From assembly GCA_964187785.1 (NCBI GenBank), contig OZ076413.1, positions 20,956,001-21,020,000 on the forward strand: DNA of 64,000 nucleotides. Direction: 5' to 3'. The stretch comes from Amphiscolops sp. MND2022 (Eukaryota). A program made the translations under genes and the position numbers. The notes under the pieces are model-generated. The model saw only the letters and a program-made list of their open reading frames with translations, made no database searches and was not told where the DNA came from. Shown piece by piece: positions 24,291 to 37,867 of this stretch (position 1 is its first letter; every line of letters starts with the position of its first letter).

Positions 24291-25859
24291 AGAGACTTCT
24301 AAATCGAGATGAAACCACCCAGTGATGAACTTGAACATATTACATTGTTAACGTTTTACATTGTACTTGTCATACAATGTACGTGGTTTAGATTTTGTGT
24401 TACAATTTTGTTAACAGGTTAACTGGAGTGAAGTAATTGACCTTTTATATCCTGCATTATGACAATGCCGGTTTCACCTGTCCTTATTAACCTGGCCCGA
24501 TTTTCAGCGCTACCAAGGAATTCTAACTTTTGAAGGTTTTAAATTCTAAATTTTTGAAGAAGAATTTTATCATGGATGTCAAAAAGGTAGTTACGTTGTT
24601 AGACCCCAAAGCAGTGGTGTTCAATAAAAACTTATGGGTAAGAATAAATTACAATAAAAAAATAATTCAATTTTACACTTAAATGAATAAAGTTAATTAT
24701 TTTTGGACCTTTTAAAATAAAAAAAACAATTTCTTGAGATAACTAAAACAGAAAGCGCTTAATTCACCATATCGTCAGCCAATTGAACTCGGAAATACTG
24801 AAATCTTGAGCTAATTTCTAGAAATACTTTTATTAAGTACCTTGGGCTACTTACTCAAACAGTCGAAGAGTCCATTAAAAAAGCCTGTCCCCGCGTTTTT
24901 GCCTGATTATGGATGGCTAATTAAAGTTTTTGTTGCTATCCGTTTTTCGCTGAGAATAAAAACAAAGATTTTAGCAAAAAAAAATTAAAAAAATCATTTT
25001 TTTTCACAGTGAAAATGAAATACTTTATTTTTAGGCAAAAATGATATTCGAATGAAATATTGAACACCCCTGCCTCAAAGGTTACAGCAACGCCCCGGAA
25101 GTAAATTTCGTCGAGCCAGAGATTACCAAAACTCTTTTGCAAGCATGATGAGGACAATTTTGCCGGAGAAATTGACAACAGTGATGATGACGACGACGGA
25201 GATGAAGAATGTTCTCAAATTATTTTGTAGAACCCAGAGTACAACAAAAAAGGAACACCATAATTATGTTGTGTTGATATTTGGGTTCATATTTAGCGAT
25301 ACATTACTATTTCAAAATAATACCATTAAAATTCTGTTCTTTAAACTGAGTATCTCTGAGATGAACATACCTCCTAATTCAAGTTAGTTGTAAGAGACTA
25401 TATTTTTCATACTCTGCTGAAGATCAGCTGCAGTGACGAGAAACCAACACATCGAACCCTGTTACGTCGCGAGAAGTAGAGCACATGTTAAACCAATCGA
25501 AAAGTTGGGGTTTAACAAAATCTGTCAGATTTTAATTGGAAACAAAATAATAATAAATGCCAGAAAATTATAATACGTCATTCAAAAATGAACAACAGTT
25601 CCATGACACTAATACGGTATATTAAAATTCACATATTGAATACTACCTTTGGTAGTTGTTTTCTTACAGTTTGAGATATGTATGTGGTTTCCAAGACGCA
25701 TGTATAAAGATATGGTCCTACTTTCTACAGTCGTTTTTGCTCATTCGTTGAGTGTGAATCTAAGAAAAAGGCAGTTTATCAGAATATATGCTAGTTTATC
25801 AAAAACGACAAGCTAGAAAATATTAAACGTCATGTTTTTCCAAAACGCCATTCGAACAT

Positions 25860-26580
25860 AGTGCAATGTTTCTAATAATTCTGTTGTAGAGAAAAGAATA
25901 GTGCAAAGTGTGTATTATGGCAAATAAGGTCAACTGACCCTTTTATCTATTTTGTCACTTCACTTCAGAATGGCAAATATTGGTTGTTCACCAACAGTCT
26001 AGATATCGCTACTTACAACTTCCTCACGCTCTGTCACATTCCCTCTTTATAAATGAAAGGGGCAAAGAAATTATTATCAACTAGGAACAATAATTTTCGG
26101 AACGTCCGAGAAGTGCCGAAAACGACGAAATCCAATAAATTTTGAGTGAAGGTGCCGAAAACCAACTTGGAAAACACTCGGTGAAGAGTTGAGCGGAAGC
26201 AATGATGTACACAACCAATTAAGCAAACCAATTGAACGCTGGAAAAAAATATTTGTAAGCTCATTGGTTGAAGCAACCTATCGAAAAACAGCAGTTCAGC
26301 AAAATTTGCCAAGTTATAATATTGATCCGTTTGGGATTGATTGTCACGTTTAGTTTAATTGCTACACTGTCAATGACTTGAAAATTTGACGCATGTTCTG
26401 TTGAAAACAAAATAGGGAAAATGTCGGACACGACATCCGCCTATGAACAAAGTTCATAAAAAATGGTTGCCAAGGTCCCTCTGCTGTATTTTTAAGGAGG
26501 CAATCAGCTCGTGAGATACATAGTATCACACTTGACAAGACCCACGGCAAGATCGTGGCCTCCATCGAGTCTCAAAAGTT
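25860..26580 (-). pseudogene. Two tandem orphan family X members: one ending FRRFRHFSDVPKIIVPS*** (~26075), then the promoter motif and the truncated 5' part of the next
   Basis: Homologous to 13020-13300 at two places (FRRFR motif; tgccataatacacactttgcactattctttt vs tgccagaaaacacagtgtaccactattcttt). Confidence 0.55.
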
Positions 26581-26820
26581 CAAAAATATCTATGTAAAAC
26601 GTTCTCTTCAAGATTTAGAGTAGTTGGTATATAATGTATAAATATTCATCTCTTGTATAAAAAGTATGCAAAAAAACAGATGAAAAGAGGACAATAGCAC
26701 AGGAACACCAGTCTGCGAAAGAAAGCTGAAACTCGAAATTATCAAAACAATACAACCAAATAATTCTCAAAATTTTCTATAATTCAATACCATTATTTTT
26801 ACAAACAATATAATGAACTA

Positions 26821-27286
26821 CAGTACTGTGATTGAGAAAACGTCCCCCGGGCATTTTAAGGCTCGATTTTAGGCTAAATTTCAAAGGCTAAAGTTCAAAA
26901 GAAACAGAGATAAAAGTTTCTTAGAATTTCATCTAGTTTACAATAGTATTTTTTAAAAGTTTCTGAGACTAAGATTGAGAAAGTTACAAAAGGCTGATTT
27001 TGAGCAAAAGTGGGACTTTTTGACGTTTTTCATATTTTTGACCGTTACATCCACAGTTTTTTTGGCACGTTTCATGCTCAAGTCCCACAAATCTGTTGAA
27101 GTAATTGATGTATTTTGATTTCCAAAAAGATCAACCGTTTCCAAATTATCAGGCTCAGAAGGTAAAGTTTCCTTAAATTACGTGAATTTCACTTGATGCG
27201 CCAATCACAATTGAAAGTGAGACCAAATGAACAATTTTGATTGGCTGAGAACGTCACAGAGGGACGATTTCTTAATCACAGTACTG
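26821..27286. mobile_element. MITE, Tc1/mariner-like (CAGT-initiated TIRs, TA target duplication), 466 bp
   Basis: ta|cagtactgtgattgagaaaacgtccc ... gggacgatttcttaatcacagtactg|ta; ~26-bp TIRs with 2 mismatches. Confidence 0.88.
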
Positions 27287-27340
27287 TACTTTACGTATAT
27301 TAACTCAAAATGATTCCGACCAATATTACATAAATAATCG

Positions 27341-27990
27341 TATTTTTCAGTTTAGGTACCAGTTTCGAACAAACTGCCAGATCATCACAATCTGCCATTT
27401 TTTGATAACATGCTGCAATTTTGGTCCCAGTCATGAGTATCTCTATTCGTACTTTTGGATTTTTCGTGTCAATCAAAACAATTTCCATTGATATAGAATT
27501 AATTTAATTAAAAGTTCTTTTGCCTTTCCAATAAGGATCATGCAAAATGCTATTATATTACCCAAATATTTGTATTTTTCAGTTTCGTACCAGTTTTGAA
27601 CAAACTGCCAGTTCATCACAAACTGCCATTTTTTGATGACATGCTGCAATCATGGTACCAGCCATGAGTATCTCTATTCGTACTTTTGGATTTTTCGTGT
27701 CAATCAAAACAATTTCCATTGATATAGAATTAATTTAATTAAAAGTTCTTTTGCCTTTCCAATAAGGATCATGCAAAATGATATTATATTACCCAAATCT
27801 TTGTATTTTTCAGTTTCGTACCAGTTTTGAACAAACTGCCAGTTCATCACAAACTGCCATTTTTTGATGACATGCTGCAATCATGGTACCAGCCATGAGT
27901 ATCTCTATTCGTACTTTTGGATTTTTCGTGTCAATCAAAACAATTTCCATTGATATAGAATTAATTTAAATAAAACTTCTTCTGGCTTTC
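27341..27990. repeat. Tandem repeat, ~231-bp unit, about 2.8 copies
   Basis: tatttttcagttt recurs at 27341, 27573 and 27804 with near-identical downstream sequence. Confidence 0.93.
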
Positions 27991-28299
27991 CAGTATTGAT
28001 CACTCAAAATCAGCGGACCAATCAGAGAGCAGCAGCAAAAGTGTCATTATAGCAGCAGTATTGGAGTGGAATCCAAGACAAGCATTGTCGTGGTATCCGA
28101 GACACGCTTAACATCAAAGAGAAATTTTGTTCTGGATTCCACGACTTTTCTCGATTTTCGTGTCCTGGTTTCCACAAAAGCAGCAAAATAGCTTGCCTGT
28201 GCACTGTAATGTAATGAAATAAACTCACATACGTCTACGTTTGAAACTATTCTGGTAAAACAACTCCTCATTAACATAATTTGATTTCCATACTAATTT

Positions 28300-31200
28300 A
28301 GAACCTGTTGTTTTCACAAACAAAATCAAACTTCTTCGCCTTGGCCCCTATTAATTTCCTGGCCCCAAAATATAACTAGCCAGCCATCGGAATCTTTTTT
28401 AACCAAACTACCTACCACCCATCGTAACAACACCTTACTATAATTCCCCAAAGAACTTCTCATCATCCCATGTATTCGTCTGTATCATTCAACGTCATCA
28501 CCTAATGACAACTCTGATACTATACTGAATCTAAATCTTTTGATCATAAATCAAAATAAATCGCCTGAGCCCTTCAGCTTAGAAACGTCGATAAAATTAA
28601 TTCTCAATATCAAAAGTTTTTTACCTCACCTCATGACTATTGGAATCGCTCTGATCCTCATTTTACAAAAAACACCCTAGACACCAATTTTGACTCCCTC
28701 GATTCAGGTTATGAAAAGCTCCGAAATCCAATATATAAATCTACTTCTTCTCATGCACCACCCTGCCATTCTAACGAAACTATTTTGCAAAATTCTAACC
28801 ACAGATTGCTGATTCAGATTTAAGTCTTGAACTCTCACATGATAATCAAGTACAACCCAGTCGCATTAGAGCTCCTCATTCACCCTGTTATTTCCGCCCA
28901 CGTCCACCGGAAACATATATCGAATCTCAACCTTGTTTCAGTTTTCTTATTTTATTTAGCATTCCACACCAATTGCATTACTATACCAGACATGAAATGA
29001 CATTTCTTCAGTGTAGACACATCAGTGCCCTCACGTCTAGACTCAACCATCATAAGACTACCTATAAGCTTCTTGCAAGGCCAACCTACCTTCATTTGGT
29101 CACACACTTCTAACTGCTCAGTAGGTCCTTCTATCTTCTTGAACAAAAAAGTCAAAAACAATCTGAAGATCAGAATAACGTAACAAATGAAAAATAACTT
29201 CATACGTTTCCATCATGTACTCTCCTGACATTATATCAACTATTTCTACTAATAACAGGTCATCTACTTCTCCTTCAGTCTCCACCGACACCTTAAACTA
29301 CTAACAAAACTCTTCTTCAAATTTACATCGTCGACCTTTAAATCCTAAACCTGTAACATCTCCTATCGAAACAATTCCTACAAAAACTTTACAGCTTACT
29401 CCTATCACAAATCATATTGAACAAAATATGTTTAACAATTCCCCTTTCTGATCGTTAATTTAAAAAGGAATTTTCTTTATTTGGACGACACGCACAATCA
29501 ATTTTTTATGACACTTTCTCTTCTCAAGAAAAAACACAGCTTTCTCAGAACGTTCTACAATATGCTCTTTCAATACCTTTTTTCTTCTGCCTCTTCTCGA
29601 AATCCTCTGCTTTTATCTCATAGCCACCTTTCGAATTTTTCTCTCAACACTGATCAATACTCAAGTCCTCCTACGCATAATCGTGTTGATTATCCCTTTT
29701 TTATCAACGATAATCTTTTCACTCATCCTCGTCAGGTTTCTAGATTTTTTACCTTACGTCTCATAAATTGAACTCCAACCATAATAGTTCAGACGAACGT
29801 CGTTCTAAAAAATTTCAAATCTTAGAACCTTCAAATCTTCAACCTAAATTTGAAACAATCGTCGACTTCCCCAATTTAGGTCAACATCCCATTCCTTCTC
29901 ACACGAATGTGAACTTCAAACCTTTACCCTACCCTTTCATCGCAAGTAACTTGAACTTATTCAAGAGCGATCATCCTTCTTTTCGCCTCCTCCTAGAATC
30001 TATCACTTTTCTTAATACCCTCACGTATTTAAATATACTGCCCGATTTTATTCCTTCACCTCCACTCCTCTTTTCACTCTCCTCTCTCATGCTTCTTGAA
30101 CACTTGAACTACGTCCTCTTCCTAATTTTTCTCCCTCACTTTCATGTCCACACCTCTTCTACTGTCTCTCAGAGCGGTCTGGTTGAACCTATGATCCACA
30201 TAATTCAGATCCCCTTGTCTCTCAATATGATTGTTCCTTGCACTCTATCTCCTTCTTCTTTAGAATGCACTCTGTTATCACAAATGTCTTTGTCCGCGTC
30301 ACAGCAAAACGTCTTCAAGCTTACACCTGCAAGCATATGTCGAACGTGAAAAATTTCTTTATGCTCAATCCGAATTTAGAAACCGTCGTATTGGACGTAA
30401 TGCTTACCACCAAAATATTAGAAAACAATCTCGTATTCTATATCTTACTGAATGACAACATGGTATACGACACCTTAATGGTACTGAAAACCCTCAACAA
30501 AATGCCTTTGATAATAGTAACTGTTTCACCTTCTTTGATGATGTTCAAAAACAACGCCTCCTTGAAACTAAACAACTTCTTTTTTGCATAACTAAACTCA
30601 TCATTTTCCATTATGGCGCTTTTATGTCTGATGGGACCGCTAAGAATTTAACAATGAAAACGACAGCTGGTCTTGAATTGTTAAAGAAATTGAAATTACG
30701 TATGACGATAAAAGTACTGAATTTTATTGTAATGCTCACACTCCTCATAGCCTCCATGTTGATGGCTTCGATGAATCAAAGATTTTAACTCCGTTTACCA
30801 TATTTTGGTTTCTCGAAGACTTATGTGTTTTCTTTTTAATTCACACAACTTCATTGGACGCATGTCTAACATTAACAATCAGTGTTTCTTTTATCTTTGA
30901 TAACTTTTATGTCGAAGGCTTCACCGCCTCGCAGAAGGCTCTATGATTGCAATCATCAATTCTCTCCTATTTAATTTCTGAATATGTTATGACAAAATCC
31001 CTGTTAACTATCTTGATACTGTGATGTGTGTCGAACCTAAACCTCGCCAAACTTTCTAACGTCCATATGCAAACCAAACCTCGTGGAAACAAACCTCAAA
31101 ATGTTAACGTTCTTGACTCTGACACCGATCAATGTGAAGTTTTAACCCCAGAACGTATTGAGAAGGACACTCCTCAACTTTCTTAACGTACCCAAATTCA

Positions 31201-34200
31201 AACTGCTATTAATCCAAACACCTTCATTCTACAAGTGCTAGGCAAAGATATGAGATATGAAATCAAGAGTAAACAATCTTCCAAATTTCGTTCTAATAAC
31301 CCATACCAATCTCTTAGAATTGAGATTCATTACTATGTGATAATTCTCATCCCTTTTTTACACCCTAATTGTGCACTTATGCTTTTATTAAAGACTTTGG
31401 ATATCCTCGCTATCTTTTAAACCGGCGTGAAATGCATTTACGCACTGCCATGCTTCAATTTGCTTCTAATAAACTTCTCAGTTTTTACAGTTCATTCATC
31501 GTTAATAAATTCCTTGAAAACAAGTAACTCTTATTTCTCTCCTTCGTTATGGCTCCTTTACAACTGTTACAAAAACTCCAATGATACAATCCTCAAACTC
31601 CGTTTCTGATACTGAAAAAAACTCAGATTCACCTTCCACCTCCCTACTCCAAATCTACCGTCGTTATCACTACAAATTAAACAGAACAAAAACCTAGTTT
31701 TACAAATACACTAATAGACAATACACTGATAAAGAAATAATAAAATCTCAAAATTCAAAATACCATGCAAAGGATCTTTACCGACTCTGCTACTATCTCC
31801 ACATATATGGACACACATTTCTATCTCCACCATTACCAAAAGATACTTCGCTTCCTCCGCCTATTTCCAATTTAGATTCTAATCCTCATATTATTCTCTT
31901 GCCTCATTGTTCACAAATATCATCATTGAAATCACCTCCATAACAGCATAATTCAACTTCCCGAAATGACACCACGCTTGACACTTCTCCTAGTGATTCG
32001 CCTTTACACAATACCTGGCAATCCAAACTATATCCTCATATTCCACCACTGATGAAATTTAATGACATAGCGTTATTGACTGACAACGGTATATTTATTC
32101 ACACTTCTAAAAGCCCCCGGCTTCCTCTTGCCGCTTTCCGCCTAAAGATTTCTAGCCACTTCTCTTTTCTTGAAATCGTATAAGAAACCTTTTCCTCAAC
32201 ATGAAAAGCACATCTTTTCAACCTGAATCGTTTCTAAAGTGTATATTTTTCTTTTCTTCAACAATAAGAAAACGAGTCATTTCAATCTCAATCTCTTTTC
32301 AAATATCTAATTTTCTCTTCCTCCAAAAGTCAAACGGCGAACATTTTCAAATCTTCTCTAAGTTGTCTAATCTTCAATAAAAAGAACAAACAACTTCAAT
32401 TCTAACCATGCTTCTCAACTGTTCAATCTTGGAAAAGGAAAGCAATCCAAATATTTAACCATGACTTCACGACAAAAGGACAAAGAAATTTTGTCCAGCA
32501 TTGCATCGCCTCCACTTCTTTCCCTAAATCTAGCATAATAGATCTCCCGACTATTTTTCTTGAACCTGCCGCCGATAGTTCTGAACTAAACCATACTCCT
32601 GACAAGACTATTACTACTACTAGACTATGTTTTTCAACTCAAACTCCTAATGCTTCTATTATAGCTTCTCAATCACTATCTTCAAATCTCAAAACTCTTC
32701 ACGCTCCAACTCCTCCGCCTATTATTTTTCAAGTCAGTATCGATATTTATATTGTACCCCCACGAAAAAAAAACAATGTTTTTGATGACCCTTTTTTGTT
32801 TCAATTCTGGTATTTTTCCCACTACTTCGCACCCATGTCAAAACCTCTCTCAAACCAATTGTATCCCAGATGATTTTTGTCTCACTCATCTCAAGTTTAA
32901 AGCCAACCTCCCAATTCTGTAAATGATTCCTACAACTTATAAGTTCCTAATCCCTCAAGATCATAACTATGATACCTACATAGAGTATGCTTCTGAAAGA
33001 AATCGAACAACTCCCTTTTTGGCAAACAAAACAAATCCGTTTCTGTCAATTTCAATTCAGCTTCTAAAACCCCACTCAGCATGCCTTCAATACCTGTCCC
33101 TACGTTATTACTACGTCCCTGTCAGGTACATCTTCACTACCAAACCTACCAGGTCTTTCTCGAACAAAACGACCCTCAAAACTTCTTTTTTTTTCAAAAT
33201 CAAAAACGTATTTTTTTTTATCCTACAACGCCCATTGTTCATTCAATCACCTTTATGGTATTGGCACTGTACGCAACTATGACCCTATGCTGTACGCAAC
33301 TATGACCCTATAAATCAAGAGTATATACTCTCGCCAAATACTGATCTAACTCATCCTCTAATTGTTCCTCAAGATTCCCTGAATCTCAAGGATGATTTGT
33401 TACTTTCCACTCAGACTTTAAATGGTGTTGCTAACTTCTTTTCCAAAATGAATAAACCTCTTCAATCTCCCCTTGATGATCACTCGCGTTCCTCGTACAA
33501 CTCTCTTCCTCTCTCAATTCTCTCGTCCTTTATACTGAGGAAACAACACGAAAAAGTCCCTGGCACTGCCAAAAAACCTGATGAAATCAAAAAGCCCCAA
33601 CGTTCAATGCATCCTCCTTCTAATACTCTATTATCCATTAACTCTCATCCTACTTCTATTCAACCTAATACCTCCCAAAAAATCTGCATAACCTCATTCT
33701 CACGCCACACTGATAAATTCTTCACTGAAATTTTTAACCTACTACGCACTCACGTTGAAGTAACTCCTAATACTGATACCTTTATAACCCAAACTCATAG
33801 TTTTGATACGTATCGTAGCCTCCAAAACCCTATCCAATTCCAAACTAATTGTATTCACAATGTCAACTCTACATGTTTTTGATTTCCTCGAAAAACCTAT
33901 TCTTATAGAAACTGGTACTTCTTTTACCAATTCTTCCTATAAGCATCATGATCAATTTATCTCTCCCTCCTCTCTGCAACGTTTTTATATCTCCTCAAAA
34001 AAACTTCACAAAAAATTTTCACCCAATGAATTTCAAAACTATCACTCAAGGTTAAATTTTTTTCTTCTCAATTAAAATCTTTTCAATTCTCAATAACACT
34101 TCCTTCTATAGGACTCAATTTTAAAATTGTTATCAAAATGCAAAATACCTGATTATACAGTTTTTCATAAGAAATAAATTTTGTTACTTTTATAATTCCT

Positions 34201-36423
34201 GTCAATTCAAAATTGCCATACTATAACTCGATTTCATCAGTTTTCCGTGCAGATTTTTCACCATCTGAAATCTCTTTCAATTAATGTGACTTCAGAAAAC
34301 TCCCTAAATATATGTTATCCTTGTTTTAATCCAGTTTTAATTATCCTTGTTTTTTTTAAAAATTCCTTGTTTTAATATATATTATCCTTGTTTAAAACTT
34401 GAAATCATCGTTTTCTGAAGTTATCTAGAAAAATTATGAAGGTATCTTAACAAAATTATCATCTTTTACCAGAATCGTTTCCCATTTCAAAAGCAAGAAC
34501 TTTCTCACTTCGACATTACATTTTCTCCAAGTCTGACTGCCTAAAGTTCGTAAACTTTTGCAAACTGTGCATTGAAAAAACTGTTTCAACTTTTCTCAAT
34601 AAAGTTGTCAAACTTGCTTCTTGAAACACTTTGAAAAAACCCACATGAAAAACTATCTTTGAACAAATTTAGCCTAGCACAATATCGTCGCTCTCTTTCA
34701 GCGTTGTTTCACGCTAGTCTATAAAACCTTCCGGATTCCACATTACTTCATTTCTTCCCTCCTCCACTTTACTTGCAGCACTATGCAACATTTTAAAACA
34801 CGACTTTTTCAGATTAATACTTCCAGAAATATTCGTGTCAATTGTGCTTCAGCAATTTCTCATTCCAAAATCTCTTCTTTCCTTGATCATAATTTCTCCT
34901 TCATCATTCCTTTTTGCTCATCATCGTCCAGTACTTATCCAGACTCCAAACCTGCTAATCGTCTCATCAACCAGACGTTGGCTTCATCCTTTGCCATATT
35001 CTTCCATCTCTTCATCTCACTCTACTTCCACATACACTTCAACTTTGTGTGCTGTTTAGACGTTTCCTTTCATTTCTGCCCGGTCATGTGGAATAACCTC
35101 TTCTGCACTTTCTCTAATGCTTCCTCTGCGCTGCTTGCTCTCTTGCTTCCAGAGGCCGTTGCCACAAACTGACTTCTTCAACAATGCTCTGCTATGAAAG
35201 AATTGTCCCAGCAGTTGCAACTTTGAAAGTTTTGTCACCCGAAGCGTATTCAACAGCGCCCAGGTGAAACTGGTTCAGTAACTAAGAGGACCAGCCTCTG
35301 ATTTATTCGTAAACAAACACTTTTCAACTACAATGATGAACTCGAATGTTTTGAAAAGTATTTACAGTCACTGTTTTATAATCAAATCAATGACTTGGTT
35401 AAAGCCGCCTCAAAATTGTGCGAAATTGCAAATCGCATTGCAGTAACCCCTTCACGATTAACTAAATCTAGAACTCCTTGTTACAGTAGTGCTTCTTATC
35501 AACCCCTCACAATACAAATACTCCCAATATTACTTTAAACACCCTCGTGAAAGGTACTCTCAACACAAAATTAGTTTCCTCAATGTTCACCATATAACCT
35601 CTTCTTCGAATTCGAAGTGTTTTCCCCCTCACCTGTTACCCTTTCCTCCAACATCCCCTGCGCTAATGCCTACCCATACAAAAGTTGAGTCCTCTATAAA
35701 CCAAATGAACATTTCTCCCGCAACTCATTTTTTCAACCAACACTCCAACCAATTTTGTTTATTTTCCTCCTCAGTGACTTCGGTTTTATAATTAATCTAC
35801 TTCTTTTTTAAAGTTCCATAGCTAGAAAAAGCGTGTAACTATCTCACGAAATGATTTCCTCTCAAACCAAACTTTTAAGTCTTCCACAACTAATGCCAAA
35901 AGTTTTAAAAAATTACCCGCTACACGTGATCAAAAATGATCAAGTTTGTGGATTATTATTGACTAACTCTGATTGGTTTTTGAACTGAATGAACTTTGAA
36001 CATGTTGCCAGCTTGCCACTGAAACAATTTTGTTCTCATTTAGAGTTACTTTCCACACTATGACGCTAAAGATTAACGCTGAAAATGACCTGAAAAACTA
36101 AGAATCTTCGTCCGTCCTCGCTTCACAATTGTCGACACGGCCGCACCTCTATTCCTCTTTCTCCAAATTTTTCATCTGTCACTCATTTTTCATTTCATTT
36201 CACTCAGTTTTCAAAACAAACTGACCGAAAAAAAATTGAAATGAAAATACTTCATGAAACATCACTCCAAAATAACAATTTTTCTACACGTACATGCTTT
36301 CACTTAGAATATAATCAGATCCTTACTCTCTGCTAAAGTGCCTCTAACTTGAAAGCATAATAACTTTAACTCCACTCTTATTAAATTGTGTCAAGATCGA
36401 AATTGCATTTTGCTGGAACCTCA
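28300..36423 (+). mobile_element. Highly decayed 3' half of a large Gypsy element: integrase C-terminus, env-like ORF, further ORF remnants and a putative 3' LTR at 35834-36423
   Basis: GPY/F-like LRLGPY (28334-28351) and THRN...PKE. Uniform G-poor plus strand. Purine run agaaaaagcg before TGTAAC at 35834. Ends ...ggaacctCA at 36423, where family X sequence resumes. Confidence 0.62.
30200..32600 (+). pseudogene. env: env-like glycoprotein remnant, resembling the chuvirus-type/class III fusion glycoprotein N-terminus
   Basis: SQYDCS (YDCS at 30226-30237), NVFVRVTAKRLQAYTCK/AYVEREKF, TPFTIFWF and IFNHDFTTKGQRNFVQHCI, pieced together across frameshifts. Confidence 0.5.
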
Positions 36424-36591
36424 TGTAAGGAAAGAATAGTTTTAAGATATAGTCACAAATCCAAATTATAGAAACACTTTGAGTTTACCTCCAGTCCTCA
36501 TACATTTTGACACCATCCCTGCCTTTATTTCAACCACTACTCAAACGTGTTTTTTTTTAAAAATGAACACCAAATTGTTTTAATTCTAAAC

Positions 36592-36783
36592 TCAGAACAA
36601 AGTTTGTTTTCGTCTCAACTCATCTATAAACCTTCTCTTTTTTTCAATACCCGGTCGGATGATAAACCTGTCTAAAGCTTTATCATCCCTCCTACCTCGA
36701 GTCTTGCCGCCTAAACTTTCCTGCACTGCTCTGAATGTAAATGCATCTTGGTTGTAATCATCACATAACGTAACTGTAAACAT
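36592..36783 (-). CDS. Short orphan ORF end lying directly upstream of the third promoter-motif copy
   Basis: FTVTLCDDYNQDAFTFRAVQESLGGKTRGRRDDKALDRFIIRPGIEKKRRFIDELRRKQTLF*; the promoter motif follows about 60 bp later. Confidence 0.35.
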   Translation of the reverse strand: MFTVTLCDDYNQDAFTFRAVQESLGGKTRGRRDDKALDRFIIRPGIEKKRRFIDELRRKQTLF

Positions 36784-37867
36784 CTTTTGTCTTACATCTC
36801 TAAGGACAACAGAAACACAAGTGTTACCACCCAGTTGTCACTGTATCTAGACCTAATGCTGCACCTCTGGTACCTTCTCTTAAAGTACTATCTTGAAGCA
36901 AAATTAGGCTTCGTAAATTGGAACATCAAACTATTGAAAACACAAGTACCTCAGTGAGAAATCGATAATTCAAACTTTCGAAGTGTCTAAAGTTGCTGAT
37001 GTTATTCCAGTGCTACAACCCATTGTTGATGTGGAATCTAATCACGCACGCCTACTAGGCCTTCCAAAAATTTTTAGCAGCAATTTCTGTTGGGGTTTCT
37101 GGATAACTAGGTTGATGAAGCAGTATCACTGGATGATGACAACAAAGAGGTGAACGTCAACTCTCGTTTGCCGAGGACAACAAATTTTGGCTCGCGGAGG
37201 ATGTAACGTCCAGCAGCCCGGTGACATGGTATCTGTTAGAAATTTTGAAAAATTCGAATTGTGACATGCTCGACCTGACAGGTACCTAAAATCAGTCAAG
37301 AGACAAAGAAAAGAGAGACCCCACCAGCAGCCTCTCAGAGAAAAACAATACACAGCCCGTGGAAACCCTGAGGAGCCCGAAAGTGACGAAAGCAACAGAA
37401 AAAAGGTTACACCAGAAAACCCAAAAACTGCAGTATCTGCTTTATCCTGTATCCAGTATCACGTGAGTCAAAAACTCGGTGAGGCTCTGACTCTATGTTT
37501 TATGGTAGCAAATTCGTCAACAGTGCTTTCTTGAAGGTATTTGAAAATACACGATCTGTTAGCTCCTGCATTTTCAGAGTATTTGGACAATGAAATATGT
37601 TTCAGCTATATTGTCTTTTTGATCTCGGATGTATGTAGGAAGTCGCATGAAGACACACTAGGAACATGAGGAATCGTTTTTACGTGCAACCTAGGCATTA
37701 TCCCAGCTCTTGTATGTACACTTCTAGCTTGACTTTTCATTAATTAGGATTTGGAAAGAAATTTCATAACTAAATATACGATTCACACTCAAATTACTGT
37801 TACTATTCTTGTTTGTTTTTCGTTAGTGAGTTTTGTGGGCGTTTTTGGCGATGAAGTTGCTACTTAC

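Larger units (their letters stand above)
19320..24400. repeat. Three diverged ~1.8-kb tandem units (starts about 19328, 21117, 22945)
   Basis: Paralogous ORFs at offsets 1825-1826 (21585/23411, 21997/23822). Each unit has an R block, a linker and a Zn-finger ORF. Confidence 0.9.

Noticed and set aside
24930-25390. Acidic mini-ORF (…NSDDDDDGDEEC…)
   Set aside because: Short, broken by stops and a frameshift, and without a paralog or motif in the window.
16220-25760. CRISPR-like array reading of the P/R repeats
   Set aside because: Units are ~190-200 bp with no unique spacers and no cas genes, in a eukaryotic context. The many paralogous short ORFs over R units are repeat artefacts.
28050-28230. 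XPG/FEN-like H3TH nuclease fragment (GFHDFS...GFHKSSKIACL)
   Set aside because: Only a loose resemblance over ~25 residues; the key GCD motif is missing and there is no supporting flanking frame.
33267-33312. 23-bp tandem duplication (also the ~100-bp direct repeat at ~38464/38693 and the short repeats at ~39905)
   Set aside because: Local slippage or duplication with no sign of function.
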